From: Candidatus Doudnabacteria bacterium RIFCSPHIGHO2_02_FULL_42_25
GTDB lineage: Bacteria; Patescibacteriota; Doudnabacteria; UBA920; O2-02-FULL-48-8
Length of the DNA stretch: 64,000 nt
NCBI GenBank assembly: GCA_001777665.1
Contig: MFEQ01000004.1
Location: 10-64,009 of the forward strand
Reading direction: 5' to 3'
Within the stretch, counting starts at the first letter, position 1; each line of letters starts with the position of its first letter. Shown here piece by piece: positions 47,603-57,009 of this stretch. A program made the position numbers and the translations under genes. The notes below the pieces were generated by a model, which did not search any database, was not told the origin of the DNA, and worked only from the letters and a program-made list of their open reading frames with translations.

Positions 47603-49615
47603 CTAATTTAATATTGGCAAGCCAGGACTAACAACCTCCACTTCAGCCTGGGGTAAAGTTTTTACGCTTGAAAACAGATAGCCCCTTCCAGCAAATGCTT
47701 CAAACGACATTAATCTTTTGGTTCCATTTTCGATAACGTAAATTCCAGGATCTGTGTCGGATTTAATCAAAGTTCCATCAAGTGGTGCGAGCCAATAATT
47801 ATCTCTCGGCACAGGGATGTGGCCAAATTCATCTCGAGTAACATTCACAACATTCTTAAAAGATAAATTTCTTTGCGTAAAAACAAAATATGTTGACGGG
47901 CGCCTGACTCCCTGATCCATGACGAATACTGTCGGGTCATCTTTTATCAAAACCATAGTACCGTCTGGTGGCCAATACCATTCCCCTGTTGTAAATGCCG
48001 CAACTTCTGCTGTTGGTAAGACTTTTATGTCCGAAAATTTATAACCCCTAGAAATAAAGACGAGGTAAGTCAGAGGGCGTTTCATTTCCGAATTAATTAT
48101 ATAGACTTGCTGGTCATTCGATGATTTAATTAGCGTTCCTTCTGGTGGGGTTAAAGCCAAAACCAAAGAAAAATTGGCTAGCTCGTTTTTCGTATCGCTA
48201 ACCACAACATTCAGATCAAATCCACGTTCTACAAAAACACTCGGAATCACTAACCTCTTCGTGCCGTTAACCAAAAAATAAATATCCCCTGTCCCTAAAT
48301 CACGCATCAGAGTCCCATTTGGAATTGGCTGGGGCTTGATCGCATTCAATGCATTTATCCGACCCTTACCGAGCAACCCATTACAGCTACTACCCAAACA
48401 GGATGTTTGATTAACCCCATCTATATTATCGACCGAGCGAAGCAATAAGTTACGGATTTCCACGTTCGATAAATTTGGATTCTGCGCCTTTAACAAGGCC
48501 GCAACACCTGACACTATCGGTGTGGCCAGTGAAGTTCCTGAACCATAAATCAAAAGATTGTTTGCTGGATCAGATGGTAGATAAGTGGTTGTGATAATTT
48601 TTTTGCCCGGAGCTGCGATATCGAGACAGATCGCACCGAAGTTGGAAAAACCTGCTTTTTGATCATTGATGTCGGTTGCCGCCACCCCAATAATCATATT
48701 TTCTCCATTGTCACCACACACAGGATAAATAGGATTTTTGTCCAAACTATTTCCTACGTCAGCTGTATCGTTACCAGCAGCAGAAACTAATAGCAACCCT
48801 TTATTATAAGCGTACGAAATTGCATTACTCAAAGTCATATCGTTGCCAAAACCCGGGCCTCCCATGCTTAAATTGATAATGTTTGCGCCATTATCAGCAG
48901 CCCAGACAATTCCTGCTGCCACGTCTGAGGTGTCCCCTGTGCCATCTGCGGCCAAGGTTTTAACCGGCATTAATCTAACATTCCAATTAACTCCAGCAAT
49001 TCCTTTTTGATTATTCGGAATGGCGCCGACGACTCCAGCTACTGCGGTCCCATGTCCATTGTCATCTGAATTGCCACCTGATGGAATAATTTCTTTTTTA
49101 AATACATCATAGCCAGGTCCCACTCTGCCGTCATTTAATTCGATATGGCTAGCATGAATGCCAGTATCTATAATGGCCACTGTCACCGCTGTCGAACCCT
49201 TGGTATATTCCCAAGCATCGGGAATCTGGGTTTTCGGCAAATACCACTGCCTATCTTCTTTCGTCGCATCCAAAGTAAAAAACGGATCATTGGCAGTGAC
49301 CAGTTGAGTAACAGAAATCTCGGCAGCAGTCATTTTACTATCCCGCTGAACATAATTAATTCTCGGATCCGAACTCATCAAATCAAAAGTTCTCGTAGAA
49401 ATTTCTGTTTTATAAATATTTTGAAATAAATATGAAGCGTCCAAAGAATAATCTGAAAATACTGCCTGATTATATTCAGGGCTTTTTATTTGAAACGTAA
49501 CCTCTACCAATTCTTGATCAGTAATTGCTTGCGGTATGGCCGTAAATAAAAAAATTGGCACCAAGATGCTGCCTAGAGTTTGTAATTTGAAATTTGTAAT
49601 TTGTAATTTACTCAT
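47603..49615 (-). CDS. Secreted subtilisin-like serine protease (S8) with four C-terminal ~55-aa repeats
   Basis: Catalytic D (AIIDTGI), H (HGTAVAG), S (GTSLATP); repeat family shared with upstream neighbour. Confidence 0.8.
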   Translation of the reverse strand: MSKLQITNFKLQTLGSILVPIFLFTAIPQAITDQELVEVTFQIKSPEYNQAVFSDYSLDASYLFQNIYKTEISTRTFDLMSSDPRINYVQRDSKMTAAEISVTQLVTANDPFFTLDATKEDRQWYLPKTQIPDAWEYTKGSTAVTVAIIDTGIHASHIELNDGRVGPGYDVFKKEIIPSGGNSDDNGHGTAVAGVVGAIPNNQKGIAGVNWNVRLMPVKTLAADGTGDTSDVAAGIVWAADNGANIINLSMGGPGFGNDMTLSNAISYAYNKGLLLVSAAGNDTADVGNSLDKNPIYPVCGDNGENMIIGVAATDINDQKAGFSNFGAICLDIAAPGKKIITTTYLPSDPANNLLIYGSGTSLATPIVSGVAALLKAQNPNLSNVEIRNLLLRSVDNIDGVNQTSCLGSSCNGLLGKGRINALNAIKPQPIPNGTLMRDLGTGDIYFLVNGTKRLVIPSVFVERGFDLNVVVSDTKNELANFSLVLALTPPEGTLIKSSNDQQVYIINSEMKRPLTYLVFISRGYKFSDIKVLPTAEVAAFTTGEWYWPPDGTMVLIKDDPTVFVMDQGVRRPSTYFVFTQRNLSFKNVVNVTRDEFGHIPVPRDNYWLAPLDGTLIKSDTDPGIYVIENGTKRLMSFEAFAGRGYLFSSVKTLPQAEVEVVSPGLPILN

Positions 49616-50354
49616 TTGATGAGTATTTACCAGTTAATGCTTTCCATTTAATAATAAACAGGTCGCGAAGCGATTGTAAGTATGCTTTTAGGGGCACATG
49701 CGAACCTCCATGTTCTTCCCAGGACACTGGCACTTCCTTAATTCTATAGCTTAATTTCAGAGCAATAGCAAGTAATTCCATGTCGAAAGCCCAACCAAAA
49801 ATGGTCAGGTGCTTGAAAATTTTTGTTGCCGCTGATGTTTTAAATGCTTTGAAGCCACATTGCGTGTCCTTGATATGTGGTATTAATACTATTTGGATGA
49901 GCATATTACTCATCCTGGACAAAAGAATTTTATAAAATGGTTGTTTGATTTTTACTGTAGTCTGATCTTGGTATCGGGAGCCAATGACAACTTCTATTCC
50001 GGATTCTAAATACTGCCAAAATTTTTCAATCTCCGAGATAGGTGTTGCGTTATCCGCGTCCATAAACACAGCAAATTCGCCTCTCGCTTCAGCGATTCCT
50101 AGTTGTACTGCCGCACCTTTCCCCCTCACCCATTGTTTAATTGCTCGGGCATTTTGGACTGTTGTCGTCTCTAATTTTCGAACAACTTCAAAAGTTTTGT
50201 CCTTACTATTATTATCGATAACAATAATCTCATACCCAAAATTTTGTTTCTCTAAGTAACTATCAACAGCGCGCAGAGTTTTTTCGATACGCTTTTCTTC
50301 GTTATATGCAGGGATAATGACTGATAATTTGATCATATTTTGAGGGCAAATCAA
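49608..50354 (-). CDS. Glycosyltransferase family 2 (dolichyl/polyprenyl-phosphate glycosyltransferase-like)
   Basis: LSVIIPAYNEEKRI, VIDNNSKD, FMDADNAT (DxD). Confidence 0.75.
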   Translation of the reverse strand: MICPQNMIKLSVIIPAYNEEKRIEKTLRAVDSYLEKQNFGYEIIVIDNNSKDKTFEVVRKLETTTVQNARAIKQWVRGKGAAVQLGIAEARGEFAVFMDADNATPISEIEKFWQYLESGIEVVIGSRYQDQTTVKIKQPFYKILLSRMSNMLIQIVLIPHIKDTQCGFKAFKTSAATKIFKHLTIFGWAFDMELLAIALKLSYRIKEVPVSWEEHGGSHVPLKAYLQSLRDLFIIKWKALTGKYSSNE

Positions 50355-50388
50355 AAGTAATTATACCAAAAATTGCTTTGATTGTAAA

Positions 50389-51402
50389 TTATTTTGTTTC
50401 GAATTCGCGTTGTTTTTCCACCAATAACTTCTGATGCCAGGCCCAGGCAGTTTTTATGATTGTTTCGACATCAGAATAGATAGGGTTAAATCCCAATTCA
50501 GTTTGGATTTTGGTGGGATCTGCGACTAAAACTGCTGGATCCCCTGGCCGTCTGGGTGAATACTCAATCGGGATCATTCGCTTTGTCACCTCAACACAGG
50601 TGTTCACGATTTCATTTACTGATCGGCCCTTACCAGTACCGACATTGTAAGCAAATACGCCTTGGTCAGAATCTAATTTATGCAAAGCGAGATTATGTGC
50701 TGTCGCTAAATCTTCCACATGAATATAATCTCTGACGCATGTTCCATCAAAAGTGGGATAGTCGTTGCCAAAAATCTTTAAGACTTCTTGCTGCTTGGCT
50801 GCAACCTGTAAAATTTTCGGGATCAAATGTGATTCGACTGGATGACTCTCGCCGATTCTTGCATCCGTGCTGCCACCGCAGGCATTAAAATATCGGAGGC
50901 TGATCGAGGACAGCCCAAACGCTTCGTGGTACCACTTCAATATTTTTTCAAACACCAGTTTCGTTTCACCATATGGGTTGACGGGTTTTTTGGGATGCTC
51001 TTCGTCAATCGGAACATAATGTGGCTCACCGTAAATGGCTGCACTGGATGAGTAAACCAATTTCGTGACTTTGTGGCTGACCATGGCATCGAGTAAATTT
51101 CGGCCGTTATTGACGTTGTTATCAAAATATCGATTCGGGAACAAAACTGATTCTTCAACTATGATTGAGTTGGCAAAATGGATTACAGAATCGATTTCAT
51201 GATCATCAAAAATTTTATCAAGGAGTTTTTTATCAGATAAATCCCCGACTATCAACTGACAATTAATTGCGTTGGAATGCCCGGCCGAGAGATTATCAAG
51301 GACGATAACCTCTTTCCCGATGGATTGCAATAATTTCACGGTGTGGGAACCGATGTAGCCCGCACCACCAGTAACTAAAATTTTCTGCTTTGGGGAATCC
51401 AT
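50389..51402 (-). CDS. galE: UDP-glucose 4-epimerase / NAD-dependent epimerase
   Basis: VTGGAGYIGSH Rossmann, YxxxK active-site region; 337 aa. Confidence 0.75.
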   Translation of the reverse strand: MDSPKQKILVTGGAGYIGSHTVKLLQSIGKEVIVLDNLSAGHSNAINCQLIVGDLSDKKLLDKIFDDHEIDSVIHFANSIIVEESVLFPNRYFDNNVNNGRNLLDAMVSHKVTKLVYSSSAAIYGEPHYVPIDEEHPKKPVNPYGETKLVFEKILKWYHEAFGLSSISLRYFNACGGSTDARIGESHPVESHLIPKILQVAAKQQEVLKIFGNDYPTFDGTCVRDYIHVEDLATAHNLALHKLDSDQGVFAYNVGTGKGRSVNEIVNTCVEVTKRMIPIEYSPRRPGDPAVLVADPTKIQTELGFNPIYSDVETIIKTAWAWHQKLLVEKQREFETK

Positions 51403-51409
51403 AGTTTAT

Positions 51410-51496
51410 CTACGAAATTACGAATCTTTTACGAAAATACGAAAAGGGTTCTCTCTTGTTCGTACTTTCGTAACCTTTCGTAATTCGTAGACGAAC
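51410..51496. repeat. Gene-less palindrome of inverted TACGAA arrays (19-bp centre), immediately upstream of galE ATG
   Basis: ctacgaaattacgaatcttttacgaaaatacgaaaag ...centre... cgtactttcgtaacctttcgtaattcgtagacgaac. Confidence 0.55.
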
Positions 51497-51557
51497 AAAA
51501 AACCGACATCAGCGCGGTTTGTTTTTGTTTTCTTTATGTTGGATTAATCATAGATGA

Positions 51558-51600
51558 CAAAAAAAAGTGCCGCAAGATCTGCGGCACTTTAGTTTTTTTG
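51558..51600. terminator. Perfect hairpin AGTGCCGCA-AGATC-TGCGGCACT flanked by A-run and T-run (bidirectional terminator)
   Basis: Seen directly downstream of the 51602..52195 gene. Confidence 0.7.
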
Positions 51601-51601
51601 A

Positions 51602-52195
51602 TTAATTACCGGAAGTTATCCCCACTAACCGTCTCCGGAATATAAATCCGGCAGTCAATAATGCGGCCAGGAGCACTGGAACAAATTCAGAGGCACCTGA
51701 TGTTGGTGCAATGTAGTTTGAAGCAACTTGCTGCATGGCAGAACCCCCAGAAACTACTGCTGTTGGTCGAATCTCTACAGCTAGTTCGTTATTGAAGCTG
51801 ATTCTCATCGTGGTCGATGTACTACCAGAAGGCAGCGAGTTAACTTTGACCGAGAAAGTTTGGGAGATGGATTCGTGTGGTGGAATATCGCGAGGTGTCC
51901 AGACGAGTGAATTCGTCGCAGAATTATAGGAAGCACCTGAAGCTTCAACTAGTGAAGCTTGATTGGTAACATCAGAGATGTTTGCTTCCATAACATAACC
52001 CGAGATAGTCTCATCATTTGGATTTTCAGCATTGAGAGTAAACACAACACTGTCCCCTGGTACAGCAGTCGTGGTAGAAGCCGAGACCGAGAGTACTGGA
52101 GTTGCTTTTTCTTTCTCGTCCCAATTAACGAACCAGACAATTGCCCCAATGATGAGGATTAGCGCCACAAGGCCAATAATTGTTCTTTTGTCCAT
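51602..52195 (-). CDS. Small surface protein (DUF11-like domain) with C-terminal IAPTSG sorting-signal-like motif
   Basis: N-terminal signal/TM; C-term YIAPTSG + hydrophobic stretch + RRR. Confidence 0.5.
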   Translation of the reverse strand: MDKRTIIGLVALILIIGAIVWFVNWDEKEKATPVLSVSASTTTAVPGDSVVFTLNAENPNDETISGYVMEANISDVTNQASLVEASGASYNSATNSLVWTPRDIPPHESISQTFSVKVNSLPSGSTSTTMRISFNNELAVEIRPTAVVSGGSAMQQVASNYIAPTSGASEFVPVLLAALLTAGFIFRRRLVGITSGN

Positions 52196-55134
52196 AGTTT
52201 TCCCTTTCTAATACCTACGTATGCTAGCACAGCCAGTGCGGCTAATGCTAGTGCGATAATGGTTGAAGTAGGCCCTGTCTTTGGTGCGATGTATGTAACC
52301 CCAGCAACAATTGGAGCAGCAACACGAACATTGAGTGTATTGCCAAAGATGTTGGTCATGGTCAAATCAGAACCAGTTGGGAAACTGCCATTAACTTTCA
52401 CACTGAAAGTTTTTTCTACTGTTCCGTTTGCTGGAATGGTGGTTGCCGGCCAGCTCAAACTTAGATTGCCAATATTAAACGCAGCATCACCGAAAGTTTG
52501 CAACATGGATAACTGCAAAACATCAGAGATGCCATCCTGGAAGACATAGTTAGTTGCAGCCACACTTCCGCTGTTACGTACGCTCAAAGTGTAGATAATA
52601 ATGTCACCGGGTCGTGCAATGCTAGACACAGCATCAATATTTTGAGTTTGATTGAAAGCTCTTTTGCTCAAAATAAGATTGATGCTACCCCCGCCTGATA
52701 CAGATCGATTGACCACCACAGTGGCAGAATCTGATACTGAACTTGCATTACTAGAAGTAACTGTAACATTGTTGACCCAGTTCGAAATTCCGGTCGGGAA
52801 ATTTCCTTCTGAAGCAGCTTGTACTGTAATGAACACAGTTTGAGTGTTCCCAGCATTCATGCTGCCAAAATTCGTAACTGTAGAACCTGAGACCAAACTA
52901 AAGTTATTCGGGAAGGTGTCAGTGACTACAACATTATTGGCTGTCGCATTGCTGACTGAAACTTGAATCTGATATTGAACTTGATCACCTGGGTTGGCAT
53001 TTACTGTTTTACTAAACCCTGTTCCTTGGGTGACATTTTTTACTAATTTAGTTACCAAAATAACTGGAGTTGGTGAACCACCGCCACCACAAGATTTGCT
53101 GACAGTGATAGCTGCGGTATCAGAAGCTGAACCAGCGTTGGTTGAAGTTGCAGATGCAGTGTTGGTGTGATTAGTAGAACCACAAGCAACATCTGGGACT
53201 ACAGAAGACAGAGTAAAGGTATGAGAAGTTCCTGCGTTTAGATTGCCTATATTGTTCGCAGAGTTTGAGCCAGTCACAAAGCTCCAGCCTGATGGCAGAG
53301 TGTCTGTAATAATTACATTTTGGGCATGAGTATTACCAGTAGCACTTACTTTGATTTGGAACTGAACGATATCACCAGGAGCGGCATTGGTAGAATTGCT
53401 GAAACCACTATCATTTTTGGTGATATTTTTTACTTGTTTATCTAGACTCAAACTCACATTCGTAGAAGGTGGGTTTATAGTCACAACGACGTTCGCTGAA
53501 GCGCTTGCGCTATTGGAACTAGAAGTAACTGTTACATTGTTAGTCAGAGTAGATGTTCCGACACTAAAGCTTCCTGAGCCACTAACTGTAGCGCGAATAA
53601 TAATTTTTCTGTCACTGCCAGCAACTTCAGAACCGAGTCCGATTTGATTGATTGGGTCGGAGCTAGGAACGCCGTCCACAGTCAAAGAGTTTGCCACATA
53701 ATTCAGTCTGTTTGGCAAAACATCATTGATAACAACACCAGTGACTAGTCCAGCATTTACTTTCAAATTGATTTGAAATTCCACTTGGTCACCAGGATTG
53801 GCAGCAGTAGAAGACGTAAAAGCGCTTTGTCCTTGGGTTACGTTACGAACAGTTTTAGTTATGGTCACGGTCCCAGGGGTAGGTGTTGGTGTAGGAGTCG
53901 GAGTTGGTGTCGGAGTAACAACTATAACAACAGGTTTGTATCCGAAGTTATGGACGAAATCCGGACAAACAGTAAAAGCTATACTGTCATCAGTAGTTCG
54001 AGTATATCCAGTTGGTACAGTGTGTTTAACGCGGTAAGTTCCGGCAGTTAAGTTATTGAAGGAATAGAAACCCTGGCTGTCTGTTCTAGTAGTTGAGATC
54101 ACTTGAGTATCAGCGGAATTAGTCAAAGATACTAGTTCGTTACTTTGAGCTTGATCATTGCCATCAAATATTCCGTTACCGTTGTGATCTATGAATACGC
54201 GGCCAGTAGCTTTGGCTATACATTGGCTAACTTTAAAATCATATGTGACTAAATGCAAATATTCATAGCATCCACGCATATCACCTATTGAAGCCCCGGT
54301 TGTGACTACGGAATCCGATAATACGCGAACATTTGTCATGTTGCGATCGTATAACTTAGCAGAACCAGCAACGTAATTCAGAGAAGAACCATTTGGCATA
54401 CCAATTGTGACATCACCACCTTTTTGAGCAGAATTGATTCGATCAGCATTGTTGGCCCAAGCTTCGGCAGTGATGGTTGATCCTGAAATCGCTGATTTCA
54501 CTATGACATTATTAGCCACGTTCACATCGTAATCTAGAGTCCCGTTATGAACATAAAGTTCTGCTCGAAGAGTATCACCAGGATTGGCGTTTACAGTGCT
54601 ACCATTAACCCAGTTACCACCTTGAGTAACATTCTTTACAGAAAGCAGAGGGTAGTCTGTACAATCCGCACCGGTCGTGGCAATAGGGAAAATGTTGAGC
54701 ATTGGTTGGCCCATTGGAGGTGTTGGCGTACAACCATCTGGGCTTGTGTTTCCGCCCGTGCCGCCGCCGCCAGTTATATCCATACGAATCATCGATGCTA
54801 TCCATTCAGTATCCATATCAGCGAGGATATTGGTATAGGTTCGAGAATAGAACCCGGTTGCAGTTAATTCAATATCAACGTATCCAGGAGTTATACCCTG
54901 AAAAGTATATGCACCTGAACCATCCGTAACACCTTGTAACCCACTATTGAGTTTGACATTTACTCCTGAAACTAGAGTGTTGTTCGCTGGGTCGCCTTCA
55001 TAAACTCGAACAGTCAAGTTGACTGGGTCCGCAGCGAAAGAAGTGGCAACAGCAGAAACTGTACCAGCCAATACTAATGCCATCGCAATTGTTTTTATGA
55101 CTTTTGTTTTTTGAAGACCTTTGATGAATTGCAT
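52159..55134 (-). CDS. Large surface adhesin/pilin-like protein (Cna-B-like and multiple DUF11 repeats, TP-linker) with IAPKTG sorting signal
   Basis: Start at MQFIKGLQKT (SD AGGAA); GTYRVKHTVPTGYT Cna-B motif; (TP)6 linker; C-term YIAPKTGP + hydrophobic + RKGK. Confidence 0.6.
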   Translation of the reverse strand: MQFIKGLQKTKVIKTIAMALVLAGTVSAVATSFAADPVNLTVRVYEGDPANNTLVSGVNVKLNSGLQGVTDGSGAYTFQGITPGYVDIELTATGFYSRTYTNILADMDTEWIASMIRMDITGGGGTGGNTSPDGCTPTPPMGQPMLNIFPIATTGADCTDYPLLSVKNVTQGGNWVNGSTVNANPGDTLRAELYVHNGTLDYDVNVANNVIVKSAISGSTITAEAWANNADRINSAQKGGDVTIGMPNGSSLNYVAGSAKLYDRNMTNVRVLSDSVVTTGASIGDMRGCYEYLHLVTYDFKVSQCIAKATGRVFIDHNGNGIFDGNDQAQSNELVSLTNSADTQVISTTRTDSQGFYSFNNLTAGTYRVKHTVPTGYTRTTDDSIAFTVCPDFVHNFGYKPVVIVVTPTPTPTPTPTPTPGTVTITKTVRNVTQGQSAFTSSTAANPGDQVEFQINLKVNAGLVTGVVINDVLPNRLNYVANSLTVDGVPSSDPINQIGLGSEVAGSDRKIIIRATVSGSGSFSVGTSTLTNNVTVTSSSNSASASANVVVTINPPSTNVSLSLDKQVKNITKNDSGFSNSTNAAPGDIVQFQIKVSATGNTHAQNVIITDTLPSGWSFVTGSNSANNIGNLNAGTSHTFTLSSVVPDVACGSTNHTNTASATSTNAGSASDTAAITVSKSCGGGGSPTPVILVTKLVKNVTQGTGFSKTVNANPGDQVQYQIQVSVSNATANNVVVTDTFPNNFSLVSGSTVTNFGSMNAGNTQTVFITVQAASEGNFPTGISNWVNNVTVTSSNASSVSDSATVVVNRSVSGGGSINLILSKRAFNQTQNIDAVSSIARPGDIIIYTLSVRNSGSVAATNYVFQDGISDVLQLSMLQTFGDAAFNIGNLSLSWPATTIPANGTVEKTFSVKVNGSFPTGSDLTMTNIFGNTLNVRVAAPIVAGVTYIAPKTGPTSTIIALALAALAVLAYVGIRKGKLWTKEQLLALWR

Positions 55135-55249
55135 ATAGATTCCTTTCTTAAAATAATAAATAAATAAATTTTTTATTTGTTTATCACTTGAAAAAAGAGA
55201 GTGAGCAGGGTGGTGATTTTCATCAACCACCCGCTCGGGAAACGCGTAC

Positions 55250-56236
55250 TTACCGACTACCCGGACTACCTGTCTTGCTGGGTGTGTTGTTGCCGTCAGG
55301 ACCAGCACGTCCTCGAATGACGGGCAGGATCGCTGCAGCAGCACATGCAGCCCAAGTGTAGCTGGACACGCATGGAATCCACACCTTACCCCGCTTCTTC
55401 TCGACAACCGGGACTGGTGCTGGCTCTGGGGTGGGTCTCGAGACCAGGAGCGGCGGCAGATCCTTCGGCAGGAGCGGCTGATACGTGACGATGTCAGGCT
55501 CAGGTTGCAACGGCTTCTCAGGCCTAACCTCGCTCGTCTGTGTCAGTCCCTCCCGAAGCATGTCCAACGAAAAGTCGAGGTTACCGCAGATTAGGTAGAA
55601 CCAGCCTGTCTGCCTCTGACCCATCTGATGTCCTTCTGTGATTTCGAGTTCTGAAGTCGCGATCACTCGGACACCACACTCGCCTGCTTCGGTCTTCACT
55701 CCGACTTCGCAGAAGCCGAGAACGACCGCCTCGTTACTCCACATGCGGGCCCACGGAATCCGAGATCCGTCAGGCATCACCCGATCGGGAGCCGCCTCTG
55801 ACGGGAACCAAACAGTGGTCTTACCGCAAGGGACGATCTTCTCGACGAGCTTGACCGAGCGTAACGCCGGAAGAAACGAAGCCGGCGGTTCCACTGCGAC
55901 CTTGTCCATCATCGTACCAGGCGGTGTAAACGCCTGCTGGACGAAGAGCGCATTTATCCTGACACGAGCCCTAATCAAATCAGGTTCTGTAGTCGGATCG
56001 AGCACGGGATCCGCCAGTACGCGACGGATGTACGAAATTGCCTCCGCCGTCTGCATCCTGCGCAGTTCTGGAATCACGGGATTGGTACCCGCATGATCCT
56101 TGGTCCAGCGCGGCATGGTTTCGAACCCAGGCCGGTACTGTGTCACAGGACAGTCCTGGAGCTCGCCGACCTGTGCTTCCGCGGTGGAAGCCAAACACAC
56201 ACAGAGCGCGATCAGCATGGGGAGTATGCGTCGCAT
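55250..56236 (-). CDS. Secreted hypothetical protein (GC-rich island)
   Basis: Signal peptide MRRILPMLIALCVCLASTAEA; AGGAGG SD; GC far above neighbours. Confidence 0.45.
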   Translation of the reverse strand: MRRILPMLIALCVCLASTAEAQVGELQDCPVTQYRPGFETMPRWTKDHAGTNPVIPELRRMQTAEAISYIRRVLADPVLDPTTEPDLIRARVRINALFVQQAFTPPGTMMDKVAVEPPASFLPALRSVKLVEKIVPCGKTTVWFPSEAAPDRVMPDGSRIPWARMWSNEAVVLGFCEVGVKTEAGECGVRVIATSELEITEGHQMGQRQTGWFYLICGNLDFSLDMLREGLTQTSEVRPEKPLQPEPDIVTYQPLLPKDLPPLLVSRPTPEPAPVPVVEKKRGKVWIPCVSSYTWAACAAAAILPVIRGRAGPDGNNTPSKTGSPGSR

Positions 56237-56419
56237 CTTGCCTCCTTATTGGCATTGCGCTTCCTTGGGTAAGAAGCGACTCCCAAGCCCTCTTTTCTTG
56301 GGACTCACTTCTTCATAAACGCAACTTAGAACTTTACCACAAAACCCTAGCAAAGTCAATGTGATTTTCTGTTTGGAGAGGAGACGGGGAACCCATAGTG
56401 GGCTCCCCTTTGTACTTGC

Positions 56420-56971
56420 CTATAAGGCACCCCTGATGTACGTGTAGTAGCGGTCCACCAAGCCGCTGTCGTCGTACGTTTCGCGGACCAATTCCAGCGA
56501 AACCGGATCGCGCCGCACGTGTTCAGCAAACGGGAACCGCAGCTCCTTGATGCCGCTGCCGTCAGCCGCTTCGACACGAATACGGATCCGCAGGATGTTG
56601 CCGGGACAAAGAGCAACGCTCGGAAACAATACCGTGCGCTTTTTCGTCACTGGGTCGACCGAGTTGCTATACTCGGTCCCGACCTGGGTCGCCTTCGTTT
56701 CATCGTCGCACTTTCGTACGACGTAGATCTTGGCGCCATTCCAGTCGGATAACCCGCCGTCGTCTCCGAAGGCCCAGTTGAAGTTCTCGCCCAGTATGAG
56801 CGAAGCCTTGCCTTCTGCGATCTTCTTCGCCGTGATGGTGATCACGTCGACCTCAGCGCTCGGTGTCACCGCACGCTGTTCCGGCGTCATCTCAGGCGCC
56901 AGAGGTGACTTCTTGTCGCAACCCAAGGTCGCGACGACGAACAAAACTATACCTACGATCCGCATGTCCAT
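56420..56971 (-). CDS. Putative lipoprotein (GC-rich island)
   Basis: Start MDMRIVGIVLFVVATLGC (lipobox LGC) after GGAGGA SD; GC-rich. Confidence 0.45.
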   Translation of the reverse strand: MDMRIVGIVLFVVATLGCDKKSPLAPEMTPEQRAVTPSAEVDVITITAKKIAEGKASLILGENFNWAFGDDGGLSDWNGAKIYVVRKCDDETKATQVGTEYSNSVDPVTKKRTVLFPSVALCPGNILRIRIRVEAADGSGIKELRFPFAEHVRRDPVSLELVRETYDDSGLVDRYYTYIRGAL

Positions 56972-57009
56972 TCCTCCGTTTGGAGGGCTCTGGGGGGAGC
57001 CCATGACCG

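Noticed and set aside
55135-55407. N-terminal 91-aa extension of the large surface protein in the six-frame track
   Set aside because: Extension is Cys/His/Arg-rich with no signal peptide. An internal ATG at 55134 with AGGAA SD gives MQFIKGLQKT followed by a typical signal peptide, so the shorter start is far more plausible.
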